A DNA stretch of 63,507 nt, counting the filler, from Octopus bimaculoides (Eukaryota), in the NCBI RefSeq assembly GCF_001194135.2. It is 5 parts of 3 records of this genome, joined end to end, with 100 filler letters (N's around TTAATTAATTAA, not from the genome) between each part and the next. Parts side by side here need not be neighbours in the genome. Positions count along the whole stretch, not along the records: positions 1 to 23,074 come from NC_068983.1; 4 more parts are not named here. One strand, 5' to 3'. The number at the start of each line of letters is the position of its first letter. Position 1 is the stretch's first letter. The notes beneath the pieces were generated by a model. The model searched no databases. It was not told the DNA's origin and worked only from the letters and a program-made list of their open reading frames with translations. The translations under genes were made by a program, and so were the position numbers. Below, in pieces: positions 1-14,637 of this stretch.

Positions 1-2
1 TA

Positions 3-55
<53 letters not shown>

Positions 56-59
56 CAGG

Positions 60-129
<70 letters not shown>
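1..129. repeat. (AGAT)n microsatellite
   Basis: Near-perfect tetranucleotide run. Confidence 0.97.
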
Positions 130-132
130 CTG

Positions 133-299
133 TTTTATTCTTTTACTTGTTTCAATCATTTGACTGCTGGCATGCTGGAGCACCCTAGTATTTATTTCAT
201 CGATCATTTTTGCCGAACCACTCAATTACGGGGACGTAAACACACCAACATCGGTTGTCAAGCGATGGTGGGGGGACAAACACAGACGCATACATAAAT
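133..299 (-). mobile_element. SINE family A, 3' half
   Basis: Reverse complement matches the 3' half of the + copies at 17385-17800 and 32772-33250 (CGCTTGACAACCG..CCCCGTAA..CAGCATG..TGAAACAAGTAAAA). Confidence 0.8.
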
Positions 300-327
300 G
301 TGTGTGTGTGTGCGTGCGTGCGCGCGC

Positions 328-367
<40 letters not shown>

Positions 368-384
368 GTGTGTGTGTGCATATA

Positions 385-1619
385 CAGGGATTGGACTAAA
401 TAATTGGAACAGTAGAAATTTAACTCCAATATTTCAATGCGCCATTATATTACGAATATCCATACCAATTTCATTGTAAGTGTTTTTGTTTTGTTTTGTA
501 GATGGTTTTATTTATCTAATTTGCTGATTATTTCTATCTATTTTTCAGATCGTAGTATAAATTAAGCTAAAATGCGAAAAAGGCCAAATTGTTGGAACTC
601 GAATGGCAGGCGCTTCCATCACCAGAACAGCTGAACCATACCAAGGACCATGACTGAATTTGAGAAGCAGGGCAAGACCTCCAACAGGGGGGAGTATGTC
701 CAGCAGGACTTCGAAGCTCACTGAAACAAACCGACGAGTGTTGAATCACATCGTGATGAAAAATCACCGGACAACTGCTCCTAAAGAGACTACAGAGTTG
801 AATCAACATCTGACTAGCCCAGTTTCGACCAAAACTGTTCGCTGTGAGCTCAATAGAGCCGGATGACATGGAAGAGCCGCCATCAGGAAACCTCTGCTTT
901 CTCATCAAAAGATTCAGAAAAGGCTGCATTGGTGTAGAGATCTCATGCGCTGGTCGACAGACAAATGGAAGCAAGTAATATTTTCTGACGAGTCCAGTTT
1001 TTCTCTTTTCCTCACTGCCAGGTGAGTTTATGTGTAGAGGCAGCCCGGGGAAGCTTTTAATCCTGACTGCCTTCTGACTCCTTCTGAAGACTGAAGGAGG
1101 GTCTGTGATGGTTTGGGCAGCCATTTCTTGGAATTCTCGTAGTCCAGTCGTTGCCCTGCATGGTAGGATCAACAGCAATGATTATCTGAATATTTTGGTA
1201 AATCAAGACCTTCACATGGTCCAGTCATTTATTCCTTGATGGTGAGTGCAGCTTCCAAGATGACAATGCTCCAATACACACCTCTCATGTGGTTAAGAAT
1301 TGACATGAAGAGCATAGTAGTGAGCTACAATACGTGCAGTAGCCCCCTCAATCTCCAGACCTTAATATTATTGAGCATTTGCGGTGCATCTTGGAGTGAC
1401 AGGTTAGAAGTCCTTACCCTCCACCGTCGTGTCTGCAACTGCTGGAGCAATTTTTGCAGGAAGAATGGCTCAAGATTCCTCTCAATCAAGTCAGGAAGCT
1501 GTATGAATCAATTCCTAGATGCATCGAAGCTGTTCAGAAACCTAAAGAAGGGCAAACTCCATATTGAATAAATATTCATTGAATTTAACACGTGTTCCAA
1601 ATATTTTGTCCAACCCGTG
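385..1619 (+). mobile_element. Full-length decayed Tc1-like DNA transposon (~1.24 kb)
   Basis: 27-bp TIRs with 4 mismatches (CAGGGATTGGACTAAATAATTGGAACA at 385; reverse complement of the right end CACGGGTTGGACAAAATATTTGGAACA, ending 1619); TA on both sides; transposase remnants inside. Confidence 0.93.
575..1568 (+). pseudogene. Tc1-family transposase pseudogene, DD36E spacing
   Basis: GQIVGTRMAGASIT, GRAAIRKPLL, WKQVIFSDESSF, FQDDNAPIH..PQSPDLNIIEHL and a C-terminal TPY*; several stops and frameshifts. Confidence 0.9.
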
Positions 1620-3153
1620 TATATGTTTATGTGTATGTGTTCGTTTATGTGCGCGTGACTCTGTGTGTGTCTGTATGTATGCATGTATAATAAAACTTTT
1701 TTTTTTCTTTTTGTGTGTATGAATAAGAGGCAGAAAGAAAGAAGACGTATATGCAGTATTAAATAAATGTGAATTCTCGTTCCGAATTTCTGCGCTAGAA
1801 TTAATTACAAAGTCTCCAAAGTGTAAGCAAGTCCTTTCGATTAAATGGATTTTATAGCCCTTGGTATTTTGCAGTTATTATGAGATGCTAATAGAATTCA
1901 TATTTTTCTATTTAGTTTTGCTTTTAGGGAAACTATTTTCTTTTTCCAATTAACTTTTTCTCAGGCTGTAATTTTCTACAGGTTATTCCGGCAGAGGAAA
2001 TTATTTGGTTGTTGGATCAAGTAAGGTTTGAATATTAGAGAGTAACAATGAGATTTTGGTCATGAATAACACATATGTAAAAGCACCATAAAATAACGAC
2101 AATATCCCGAGCAGCCCCATTTATTTTCTGGTTTTCAACGAGTGCAGCCACAGTATTTCAGCTCCCGGTGTAGGTGAATCTTTTACTTCAGTTTTCCAAG
2201 GACTTTTATAATTAAGATATTTTATGCGCCTAATGTATGTTTACAAAACTTGTGGGCTATTTTTTTTTAATACAAGTTCTGCTGAACATTGTATTTCCTT
2301 TTGTTGCTCGATGTTGACACATTATTCAAATGTTTGGATTAATACTTGAGGATGCAGTGGATTAATAGTTTTGCGTACATAGATAATTTGCATAAATTAT
2401 TAAATTGTTTTTCAAAACGAAACTTTATTTGAACATTTTTTACTTGACCCGTAATGGTGGGTCAGGTAAATTTAAAAGAAAAACGAGCATTTTAATGAAC
2501 AAATATATACAAACAAATATATACAAACAAGCTTGCTTAGCAGCAAGAGATAGATTTTTCAGACAGGAAAACTTTAAGTCACATAGGGACGACGATGGCG
2601 GCAGTGACGCATTCACACCAATTTCACCGAGCGAGAATGCTTCAAACAGAAGTATTTCTACCAATGCTGCCAGTTTTGCTCGAATTATCTCCAAAATTCA
2701 GTCCCGGAATATGGGAAAAGAACAGTCCGAAAGGAAATAGTGATAAAGTTAAGTTCATAAAGAACCCATCATTCAGGTTCAAAAATTCATTCGGAGCAGA
2801 AGCGAAAACTAATTTATTCTTTTCTCACAGAAGGTAGAAATGCTATTTCTTTATTCTATTTTCATAAGAGTACTTGAAGTCCGCACAAGTATCTTGGCCA
2901 GTGTCTTACACACAGAGATGGTCAAAGCTTACGGCATTGTCTACCTAACCATCAGGCCAAGGAAGAGGTATGGAGACGAACAGAGAATATGTGTGACACA
3001 GTCGCTAAGCTTGTTCCCCAAGAGAGAGAGGTGGGGGAAGAAAGAGAGATTTCACCTTCCCTTTAAAATGCACATGGTGGAAACCTCGGTGGTTTGTGGA
3101 TAGAAAGTTAGTTTTTCTGTCAACTGAATCAGGACACAGGCGAGCGCGGGCGA

Positions 3154-3224
<71 letters not shown>
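3154..3224. repeat. (TG)n microsatellite
   Basis: Direct reading. Confidence 0.97.
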
Positions 3225-3227
<3 letters not shown>

Positions 3228-3993
3228 TTGTGACCTTCAAGACCGAGAACGAAGCAAAGCGTCAACTTGAGTTCTGACGTCATGTACTCGACCACAAACA
3301 CGTTCCATAGTGTGTTGATAATGTTCAAAGATCTCTGTCAGGAGAATAACTAGTGACATTAACCCTTGGTTTATCATCTCCTCTGTAACAAAGTATGGGC
3401 AAGGGGTGAACACTGAAGTAACTGAAAAGTACATGTGGTCAGGATGCGGTTTGTATGAACCCTGCATATCGTAGTGACGCCCTAAAAACATAAGTCTATT
3501 CTGAGCTATGTTCGTCGCGGGTGCAAGAACGAAAGCTATGAGACTCGGAGTAAAATCCATGCCTAACTGCTAAATTAGTGATAATATACAACACCTAAAA
3601 GTTTTCGGCCCTGAGGAGTTGGAGAAGCAGAAGAGGAGAGAGCGTAGTGTACAAAAGAAGAGCCAGAAACAACAAAAGCAGGATTCAGAGCCTGCTTTAA
3701 ACTTTGGAATAGGAAACGTTACACTACATTGTACAACGTCTCTTACTTTTTTTATAAAATTTTTATTCGTTCATCAGCTTTGTTTCCGACTTATTGCAAC
3801 ACTTTTGTGTACATATTATTGTATGTATCAATGAGGCATGGTGGCAATATGAGAAAAAAAAAATTATTCAGTATCATTATTATTGTTGTTGTTGTTGCTA
3901 TCGTTCACATATGAAAAATTCATACAATAAACTAAGGTTACCATAATGATAATTGTAATATTTTTTTCTAGCATTCAAACATGCATTCTTTGT

Positions 3994-4059
<66 letters not shown>

Positions 4060-4070
4060 ACAACAACAAC
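3994..4070. repeat. (GTA)n followed by short (CAA)n
   Basis: Direct reading. Confidence 0.95.
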
Positions 4071-4564
4071 GGCATTACAAAAAAGTATCTTTGTCACTAT
4101 TATTGCTCTATATTTTGAACGTTTGCTCGCCTTGAGAAAAAATATCATTTTTCTCAGTTTTCAAAATAAAATGTCGTTGTTTCTATAATCTGAAGAACAA
4201 TGTAGCATCATTGTTTAGGATTGTGACAATATCAGATAGAATTGCCCGTTTTGAAAACGAATAATTTATTCCTTTATGCTGCTTGTGTTACTTTCTTTTT
4301 TTTGCAGATTGGTTTTATTTTATCTATTTTTTTTTCTTTTGATATTGCTGCTCCTGTTCCAGTTATTCTTGCCATCATTATTCTTTTTAACCTTTTTGTT
4401 CAGCAAAATTTCAAATCTGCAGCTGTGTATTCTCATTATACAATTATTACATTTATAGATGAATAACTAAGATAAAGTCTTGGTTTTGTGTTTTGTTGGG
4501 CTTTTTGAGGGTCTTTTTAATTGTTTCTTTTTGTTTATTTTCTGTACCGATCAATGCTGTAACT

Positions 4565-4850
4565 TTTGTTGTTAATGTTAACAACGATAATGATGATAAC
4601 AATGTTGATAAAGATATTGAAGATGATGAGGATCACTATGGGTGTGACGACAATAATAGATATTGATGGGGGGGGGGGGGTTCTGACGACGAAACGAATG
4701 AAAACTATCATGATGGTTATGATTATGATGATGACGACTACGCCAGAAACGACGATGATGACGACGGTAACAATGATGACGACGACGATGACACTGATTG
4801 ATTATAATGTTGATGTGATTCTAGATTTTCATGATGATCTCCATGATTAT
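4565..4850. repeat. Decayed (GAT/GAC)n low-complexity tract
   Basis: ATG/ACG trinucleotide-rich with no consistent open frame. Confidence 0.75.
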
Positions 4851-5006
4851 GAGATTGTTTACATAAGATAGCGCCATCATGTATATTGAAACTCCACTGG
4901 AAAAATGCAAGGCTGCAGAAACAGAAGAAGCTCCAAACGTCGAACTAATTTTAGCGTTGAACTATCGTTCAAATGTCGATACGTGTAAGATACCCAAGCG
5001 CACGGC

Positions 5007-5012
5007 TGTGTG

Positions 5013-5080
<68 letters not shown>

Positions 5081-5394
5081 NNNNNNNNNNNNNNNNNNNN
5101 NNNNNNNNNNNNNNNNNNNNNNNNNNNNNNNNNNNNNNNNNNNNNNNNNNNNNNNNNNNNNNNNNNNNNNNNNNNNNNNNNNNNNNNNNNNNNNNNNNNN
5201 NNNNNNNNNNNNNNNNNNNNNNNNNNNNNNNNNNNNNNNNNNNNNNNNNNNNNNNNNNNNNNNNNNNNNNNNNNNNNNNNNNNNNNNNNNNNNNNNNNNN
5301 NNNNNNNNNNNNNNNNNNNNNNNNNNNNNNNNNNNNNNNNNNNNNNNNNNNNNNNNNNNNNNNNNNNNNNNNNNNNNNNNNNNNNNNNNNNNAT

Positions 5395-5442
<48 letters not shown>
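5007..5442. repeat. (TG)n, gap, (ATAG)n
   Basis: Microsatellites flanking the N gap at 5081-5392. Confidence 0.95.
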
Positions 5443-5443
<1 letters not shown>

Positions 5444-5757
5444 AACATTTCTTTTATTAGCCACACAGGGCTCAACAAAGATGGGACGAATACAATGTAG
5501 AGCTTTTCTTTCTGGGAGGGGGAAGGAAGAAAAAGAAAAAAAAAAGTAGGGGTGGGTGTCGATCAAAAGGGATCGTAGGAAGGAAAAAAAGGGGGGAGTT
5601 CGATCAAAAGGGACCGAGAGAGAAAAAAAAAGCGATCAATAGGGATCGTGTATCACAGTAATGTTCTCGTGTAAAAAGAGGGGAGGACAGTTTAGGTTTA
5701 GCCGTGGAAAGAAAAGCCTACGGAAAAGACCACGGTAAGCTTGGTCAATATTGTCAT
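5443..5757 (-). mobile_element. Possible 3' UTR remnant of an L1/Tx1-like LINE
   Basis: Internally repetitive (CGATCAAAAGGGA twice); resembles an octopus LINE tail from recollection only; no coding part present. Confidence 0.35.
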
Positions 5758-6125
5758 TATAGATAGATATAAAGAAAGAGAGAAAAAGAGAGAGAGAAAC
5801 AGACAGACAGAAAGATAGCGAGCGAGATAGCAACAACTACAACAAGCGACGACATCTTGATCTTTCAAGATACAATGCGTAATTCCATCTTTTAACTTTG
5901 AGGCCGTACCAGCAGCTGAAAGCTGATCAAGGCAGAAGATAAAAATGGCTGAGAGCTAATGGGAAGATAGCCAACGCTAAAACATTCACACTAAATTGAA
6001 AAGTTAAAGGTTCAAACATAGCCACCCCGACCTGTACACATCACATACAACCTCGCATACACCCTCACACACATGTATACAAACTCATACACTCACACAT
6101 ATATATAGTCTTTTGTAACTTGTGT

Positions 6126-6170
<45 letters not shown>

Positions 6171-6799
6171 AGGAAGACAGAATAAAACATAGAGATTTTA
6201 TACATCTTCAATTGAAATTGTCCAGCAGATGTTTCTGCTGTATAAATGACTTCGTGTTGGAATATTACAAGCTGGGAAATTTGAATTGAAGATGAATAAT
6301 TCTCCATTCATTATTATATGTTTTTAATATGCTCTGTAATAACTTTGCACGAAATCCTTGGGAGCGAACTCAGGATTTACCAGTCGAAAGAAGTACAACT
6401 GTAATTGTTTATTCTACACGATTCTTTACNNNNNNNNNNNNNNNNNNNNNNNNNNNNNNNNNNNNNNNNNNNNNNNNNNNNNNNNNNNNNNNNNNNNNNN
6501 NNNNNNNNNNNNNNNNNNNNNNNNNNNNNNNNNNNNNNNNNNNNNNNNNNNNNNNNNNNNNNNNNNNNNNNNNNNNNNNNNNNNNNNNNNNNNNNNNNNN
6601 NNNNNNNNNNNNNNNNNNNNNNNNNNNNNNNNNNNNNNNNNNNNNNNNNNNNNNNNNNNNNNNNNNNNNNNNNNNNNNNNNNNNNNNNNNNNNNNNNNNN
6701 NNNNNNNNNNNNNNNNNNNNNNNNNNNNNNNNNNNNNNNNNNNNNNNATATATATATATATAAGGAGCAAAAATACTGGAGATTCAATATTTATATATA

Positions 6800-7018
6800 C
6801 GTGTGTTTGTCTTTGAGTCTGTGTTTGTCCCCCACCTCCGCTTGACAACTCGTGCAGGTGTGAATACGCCTCCGTAGTCTAGCGGTTTGGCAAAAAGAGA
6901 ATGATAGAATAAGTACCAGGCTTTTTTTTAAATAAGTACTGGGATCGATACATTCGACTAAAGATTCTTGAAGGCGGTGTGTCCCAGCATGGCTGCAGTC
7001 TAATGACTAAGACAAAAT
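6800..7018 (+). mobile_element. SINE family A, 3' half
   Basis: TTTGTCCCC..CGCTTGACAAC..GATAGAATAAGTACCAGG..TTCGACTAAA..CCAGCATGGCTGCAGTC. Confidence 0.8.
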
Positions 7019-7192
7019 ATAGAACATAAAAGATATAACGATAAGCATTTGTCCGAAGATGATGCTTCATTCCGTCGTTACTCAAAGATTCTCGATGTGT
7101 GTTTTCGTACTTGTATTGACTGAACCATCAGATTCATTGAATGAAGAAAATGCTCTACAACATGTATTGAGTACTTTTCCCTGTTTTACACA

Positions 7193-7232
<40 letters not shown>

Positions 7233-8151
7233 CGTGTGTGTTTCTATCTCATATAAAAATATTAACTTCTGTTATTTTTCTGCTACTGCTGTTGCTGTCA
7301 CTAGTACTACATCATTAGCATTCACACATGCCCAGACATCCGGCATTTATATAAATTCAGTAAGTAAACAGGCAGTCAGCTTGACCAAAAGCAAAAAATT
7401 CTGTGTATGCGTGCGTATGTAAGCGTGTGTGTGTTTTAGAGTCAGGAAAATGGAAGGGTACACAAAAAAAAAGGAAACAAAACATATCACAACTAAACCA
7501 GAGACGCAATGAGGACACAAAAACAAAGAAAATCAGTAAAAAGCAAGCTGTGTTTTCTGTAACTTTTAAACACAGTTAAGATATGGGAAGTTTGAAAGAC
7601 ACATGCTGTGAGATATCGGATTGGTGAGAATGTTGTTATCTATGGAGAAATGAAATTTATATACACACCTTCAATACGGATGTGAATGAGAGTATGTGTA
7701 TCTGTTCAGGTGTGTATGTATATGTGTGTGTTTGTGTGAATGAGAATAAGTGTATGTTTATGTCATATAATCTGTGAGAGTAATATGCGTTTGCATGATT
7801 TGAGATATATGTGAATGTGCTTGGGTGAGAGTGTGGGATATATGTAAGTCGACCTCATGTTAATCGCTACTAAGTAAAGGATTTCATTTTTTTCATTAAA
7901 TTTGTGTACAAATTATACAATCCAAATAAAAATCGTAATATGTATCGACATGACAATTTGTACTTATTTAACATGTACTGAGTTCTCACTTTCTGTCTTC
8001 TATATCACTAACAAGTGTATGTGTAATACGTAAGATACATAATAAACCTTCTTTATACGCGCGCGCGCATATATGTGGTAGGAGTACGTATAAAGGCGTA
8101 AAGATGAATGTGAGTGCGAGTACCTTATGTATGTGAGAGTATATGTGAATG

Positions 8152-8191
<40 letters not shown>

Positions 8192-9035
8192 AGAGAGAGA
8201 CAGAATGGAATTCACGGGACTCTTTAGAATCACTACGATCGTTTCGAACCCTCATACACCTTGCCGGTGAGATGTACAGACAGTTGTGATGCATCGTAGG
8301 TATACCCAAAAATAAAATTATTACTTTTGCGTGTGTGTGTGTGTGTGCGCGCGCGCGCATACATACATATACAATAGAAAACGCTCTTTATAATCAGGAT
8401 AATGTTAACAAACGGTTAGTATGTATACTCTGTCACCTGGAGTGTATATGTTATGGAATTATTTATTTATATCATATTTACACGTGTTTCAGTAACCATC
8501 ACAAGACAGACTGCGTAAGAACAGAAGTTGCTATTCGAATTTCATTGCGTGTAATAACAAGTAATATATTCCGTATAACTTGTGTTGTGATTATCAAGCA
8601 ATGTATAAGAAAATCCTTATATAATCTGTTTTATGATGGACACTAAGGCAAGAATAAAGATGCTTCAAACATATAATTGCATAATATATACTCTCTCAAG
8701 TGTGACCATAATGGGGTAACCACCTGACATGATTATGATCCCTTATATAGGTTCCAATATTTATTTCTATTTTGTATTGATTGCATCAAAACATCTTTTA
8801 CGAATTCGTAAATTACCTTTTTAATGCACTACAGACTTTCGCACTGATAAGCATATGAACAAGCACACAAACAACGCAAACGCACAGGCATAAATTGTGT
8901 ATGCACACGCAAACACATACTCACCAAACACACGCACGCACACACACACATACATATACATGCCTATATATTTACATACACCCACACACAACACACACGT
9001 TTGTCTGTCTCTATATATATTCATATATATACATA

Positions 9036-9252
9036 TGAGGAGGTGTTGAAAAGTTCCTGGCTTTGGGTTAAAGAAAATACAGGAGAACCAGTTAATTACG
9101 ATTTTATCCAACATATTCCCCCTCTCAGATTCACACACTTATTGCAGCGATCTTTCGCTTTTTCTAAGCCCTGTAAATGAACTCGGAAGGTTGTGCCTCC
9201 AACCAGGCATTTCTCGAGACCCTTAAAACCAGGAACTTTTCAGCGCCCCCTC

Positions 9253-9253
<1 letters not shown>
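9036..9253. mobile_element. Mariner-type MITE (218 bp)
   Basis: 25-bp TIRs with 4 mismatches (TGAGGAGGTGTTGAAAAGTTCCTGG / CCAGGAACTTTTCAGCGCCCCCTCG); TA flanks at 9034-9035 and 9254-9255; no coding content. Confidence 0.85.
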
Positions 9254-9301
<48 letters not shown>

Positions 9302-11761
9302 GAGAGAGAGAGAGAGCAATAATAAATCTCTGAGTGAGGTTGGAGATGGGAAGGATGACTTCCCTTTGCAAATACTGATAGTGCACAGAAAGTGTGTCAA
9401 TAGCCAGCTGGAGGCGATGTTATTAATATTAATATTCCTTAGTTATTAATATTTAAAAAACAAAATAACTGACTTTTGTATAAACATCGTAACTACTAGC
9501 AATAAAAAGAATAATTCCATTTTAGAAAATTTCATTATATATATAACTAATAGAGGTTAGCAAAGTTCACCTTCATATGTTACGATGAAATATTCGTTGA
9601 AGGAAATTAAAACAAACTAGAAAAATTTTTAATTAACCTCGAAATAGTCTTGGACCAAATTGAAAAAGTGTAGATATCTATGATTTGCATTGTTTGAACC
9701 AGAGCAAAAATCTAAATTCATGTTATCTTTTGACAACCCTCTAAAGTTGAATTTTTTCATGGATGACATAAGTCAGCCTCAAAACAATGAGAGCTGGTCT
9801 CATGTTTTAAGTATTTGTATCCAAAGTTGTTGAACGGTGAAGGAGCAAAGGACATACATGCTATCTACTCTAGAAACTTATATACGTGTACCGTCAGCCG
9901 CAAAACGAACAAAGGGATTCCATTGCTGATGCACGAGGTATAAAGAATATAATAGCATATCATATAGTACATCACTAACGACACAGAGATCGTGCATTAC
10001 ATCTGTATTCTGGGGCGAGGTCAAATGACATATTATATATCATAGAGTTTTTAACATATGTCCAAAATTAATACTGAAGAATCTTCAAGAATGCTTTACC
10101 AAACACGTAGATTCAATACATCTCTACAAACTATAGCAAGCCATCTTAATGGAAGAGTGTTTTCTTTGAAGATAGAGCATTTACAGCCAAAGTAAATGCG
10201 TATTTATTTCCAAAATAGATGATTCCCATAAACTGGTGAAAGGTGTATTGATATCTGTTCAAGAATTTTTACAACCACAAATTAAACTGTAATTCATTAG
10301 ATAAAGACATCGTAATGTATTTCGATGACATAATTTAATTTGCTTCGAAAATATTCTAATTTGTTTTAATTTGCATCAAGTTTATTTTAATTCGCTCTGC
10401 GATTATTTGAATAATGCTTCCATCAAGATAATATTATATATGTATGAGTGCTTGTGTGTTTAAAGTTATTGATGAGAATATCAGCAAAGAACAAGGTCTA
10501 AATTGTAAGTCTGATGCACATTTAAGAAAAGGGAAGTGCCTCCGATGTTTCGAGCTAAAGCTTTTCATCAAAAAGTTATAAAGTAAGAAGACAGAAAAGT
10601 AGAGAAGAAAGAAAACTGGGTAGCAGAGAAATTTATAACGCAGACGCATTCACTGACATGCATACATGCATATATGTATGTATATATATGAGAGCGGGAG
10701 GCGTATGCTCGGGCGAGAGTGTGCCAATGTACATAGGCGTTAAGATTTATAATCGAGAAAAAAAATACTCAAAACAGTAAAATTTATTCAATTACTGGAA
10801 ACACCGGCCTCCCTTGTGGGTAGTCTCAGCAATAAGTTTATATAATACGTCGGCACTATATAATCATCATATAACTGGAATATACAGGGAATATGTTTTT
10901 GTAAATATGTAGTAAGTATATAATGTGTTTAATATATTCTGATGTAATTCAATGTAAGGAATTACGAATAAGAAGTTCAAATTCGACAGAAACATTCACA
11001 TACATAATACATACATAGACGTGTGTGTATGTGTGCGTGTGTGCGTGTTTGTCCGTGCGCGTATGTATGTATGTATGTGTATGTATATACGTATGTGTGT
11101 ATGTATGTATACACGTTTGTTTGTATGTATAATGTGCACTTATGTATTTGTGTTTTATACTTTTTAGGTTTTTTTCCCTTACTTTTTGGTCTCCCAGCAG
11201 TAAATGTAGATTAAAACGGGTGCACGAGGAGGTAGCGTGAACTTTCATTAACTGAACTACACTTCGGAAACTACTAAATAAATAAGATAATAATAATGAT
11301 GATGATGATGATGATGACGACGACAAGGATAACGATGGTGGTGGAAGTGGTGGTGGTGGTGATGATATAAAACAAATTATTATATATGATGAAATAAGAA
11401 CAGAAATTTCACCGGAAGTTGGTGAAGGAAAAATTGCATGAATGGCTGGTTGTTGATATGACAGGAAACAGGCCGAATGGGAACGTAAAAGAATATATAA
11501 AGATGAAATGATGAAAAAAATATAAAACTGAAGGAAGAGACAAACATATATAGGAAAAAAAGAGAGAGAGAAAGTATGTGAGAACGAAAGAGGAGAAAAA
11601 TGGGGTGAGTTTGTGAGTCTGAGATAGTGAGATATACTACAGAGATGGTTCAGTACAGAAACTAAGATGTCTGACATGGACACAGAAAACATTATATTCA
11701 CTTGCAGGATGTATAAAGTATATTTGATAAATAGAAGGACAAATATGCCAGTGCAACATTA

Positions 11762-12765
<1,004 letters not shown>

Positions 12766-13113
12766 ACCAAGCATGTGTGCAATCATTGATAGTCTAGTGT
12801 TAAATTCTTGACAACTCGCACGTAGTAGCATTATTTAGGGACTGTTTAAATTCAATTTTCGAAATTAAGCTATTTTCGTCTTCTCTTGCCTCCTCAACAC
12901 GAAAGGAAGGTTACGATATGAACGAACATGCTAAATAAGACAACGCACTGTTAGATACGTTGATTTTTGATGATGCACAGTATATAATAAGTTTATTTAT
13001 CGATAATGACGAAACTAGATGCCTCTCTAACCCGGGTGCGTTAATCATTCTGAGACACAAAGAAAAATCATGCACAGATTTCGAAATGAGAATGCATAGT
13101 GATTATTTCTTCT

Positions 13114-13300
13114 GTAGGCACGAGGCCTGAAATTTTGATTGAGAGAACTAATAGATTACATCGACCCCTGGACCCTAGAGATACTTATTTTATCGATCTC
13201 GAAAGGACGACCCCGGCGGTGTTTGAATTCAGAACGTAAAGAGCAAGAAGAAATGCAGCTAAGCATTTTGTCTGACGCACCAACGATTTCTGCCAGCTCG
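13114..13300 (-). mobile_element. SINE family C
   Basis: Reverse complement begins GAGCTGGCAGAAATCGTTGGTGCG..GTTCTGAATTCAAA, matching + copies such as 42043-42254. Confidence 0.75.
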
Positions 13301-13854
13301 TAACAGAAGAAGAAGAAGAAGAAGAAGAAGAAGAAGAAGAANNNNNNNNNNNNNNNNNNNNNNNNNNNNNNNNNNNNNNNNNNNNNNNNNNNNNNNNNNN
13401 NNNNNNNNNNNNNNNNNNNNNNNNNNNNNNNNNNNNNNNNNNNNNNNNNNNNNNNNNNNNNNNNNNNNNNNNNNNNNNNNNNNNNNNNNNNNNNNNNNNN
13501 NNNNNNNNNNNNNNNNNNNNNNNNNNNNNNNNNNNNNNNNNNNNNNNNNNNNNNNNNNNNNNNNNNNNNNNNNNNNNNNNNNNNNNNNNNNNNNNNNNNN
13601 NNNNNNNNNNNNNNNNNNNNNNNNNNNNNNNNNNNNNNNNNNNNNNNNNNNNNNNNNNNNTTGCATATATTTCATCCGAGTGTATTGGAGTGTGGGGAGA
13701 AATGCAGGTTTTAAGGAAAAGATGGCCTCGTATTTTTTCATAAAAATATTTTGCTGCTATTTTTCTTCTAGTATTTATATGAATTTCAGATTTTCTTCTA
13801 CAAGCTCTCTCACTTTATTACGCATTTTGTCTAATACATCTCATCTTTCTCTCC

Positions 13855-13900
<46 letters not shown>

Positions 13901-14118
13901 ATATATATGTATATTTCTCTCTCTCAATCTTCTCTTTTTCTTTATTTTTGTCGCTCTTTCTCACACAAACATTCTATGTCCATTTTGATTTCTTCAGTGT
14001 GACAACTAATAGTTCAGCAATATTTTCCTTAATTCTAACGAATGTAGTGAAGTGATGGTATTTTTTTCTTTACACGTTTTCGTGAGTTTAGACAACACTT
14101 TTCCTTCTCTCATTTTCT

Positions 14119-14151
<33 letters not shown>

Positions 14152-14637
14152 NNNNNNNNNNTCTCTCTCTGTCTCTCTCTCTCTCTCTCTCCCTCTCTGT
14201 GATGTAAGAAATTGAAAAACTCGGTAATTCTGCCATACTCCTGGTACTGACATCACTATGGTTACACCTTCTCATGTAACCTGTTTGGATTTACTTTGTG
14301 CGCTCCACATAAAGAGAGTGTTAAAAAAATTAATCAAGGACATATCACAGTGCTGAGAAAATCATTTAACTAAAGTCAAATTTGCATATGTACGTGTCTA
14401 TGAGTTAAGCAGGTTCGTGATAAAAAGCATCCGAATCGTGACGATCTCGTTTTAGTTTAAGGTATAATGTATCTACTACGACATTATACAAAGTAAATGT
14501 GTCCCCTTCCCTTTTTAAGATGGTGTATTATTTGAGTTAGAATTGGCAGTTATTTCTAGCAGGTGTATGACTGTGCAAGAGGTCCAAGTTGCTACTGATA
14601 CTATTTACGTCTTTAACGTTTTATGTGGCAGGTAAGT

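Noticed and set aside
300-378. Z-DNA or H-DNA-prone tracts as functional elements
   Set aside because: Such tracts are ubiquitous in this window and nothing singles out any one of them
3275-3282. CRE palindrome TGACGTCA
   Set aside because: About one occurrence is expected by chance in this much sequence; no promoter evidence
4565-4850. Acidic Asp-rich coding region
   Set aside because: Decayed GAT/GAC microsatellite with interrupting stops
10525-10572. Minus-strand hammerhead-like TTGATGA..AGC TTTA GCT CGAAAC
   Set aside because: C3 is mutated, there is no UH triplet and no stem I pairing
14560-14636. Small exon ending CAG|GTAAGT
   Set aside because: The phase-1 frame needed to join the ankyrin exon contains a stop, the peptide is unrecognisable, and the donor abuts a SINE head
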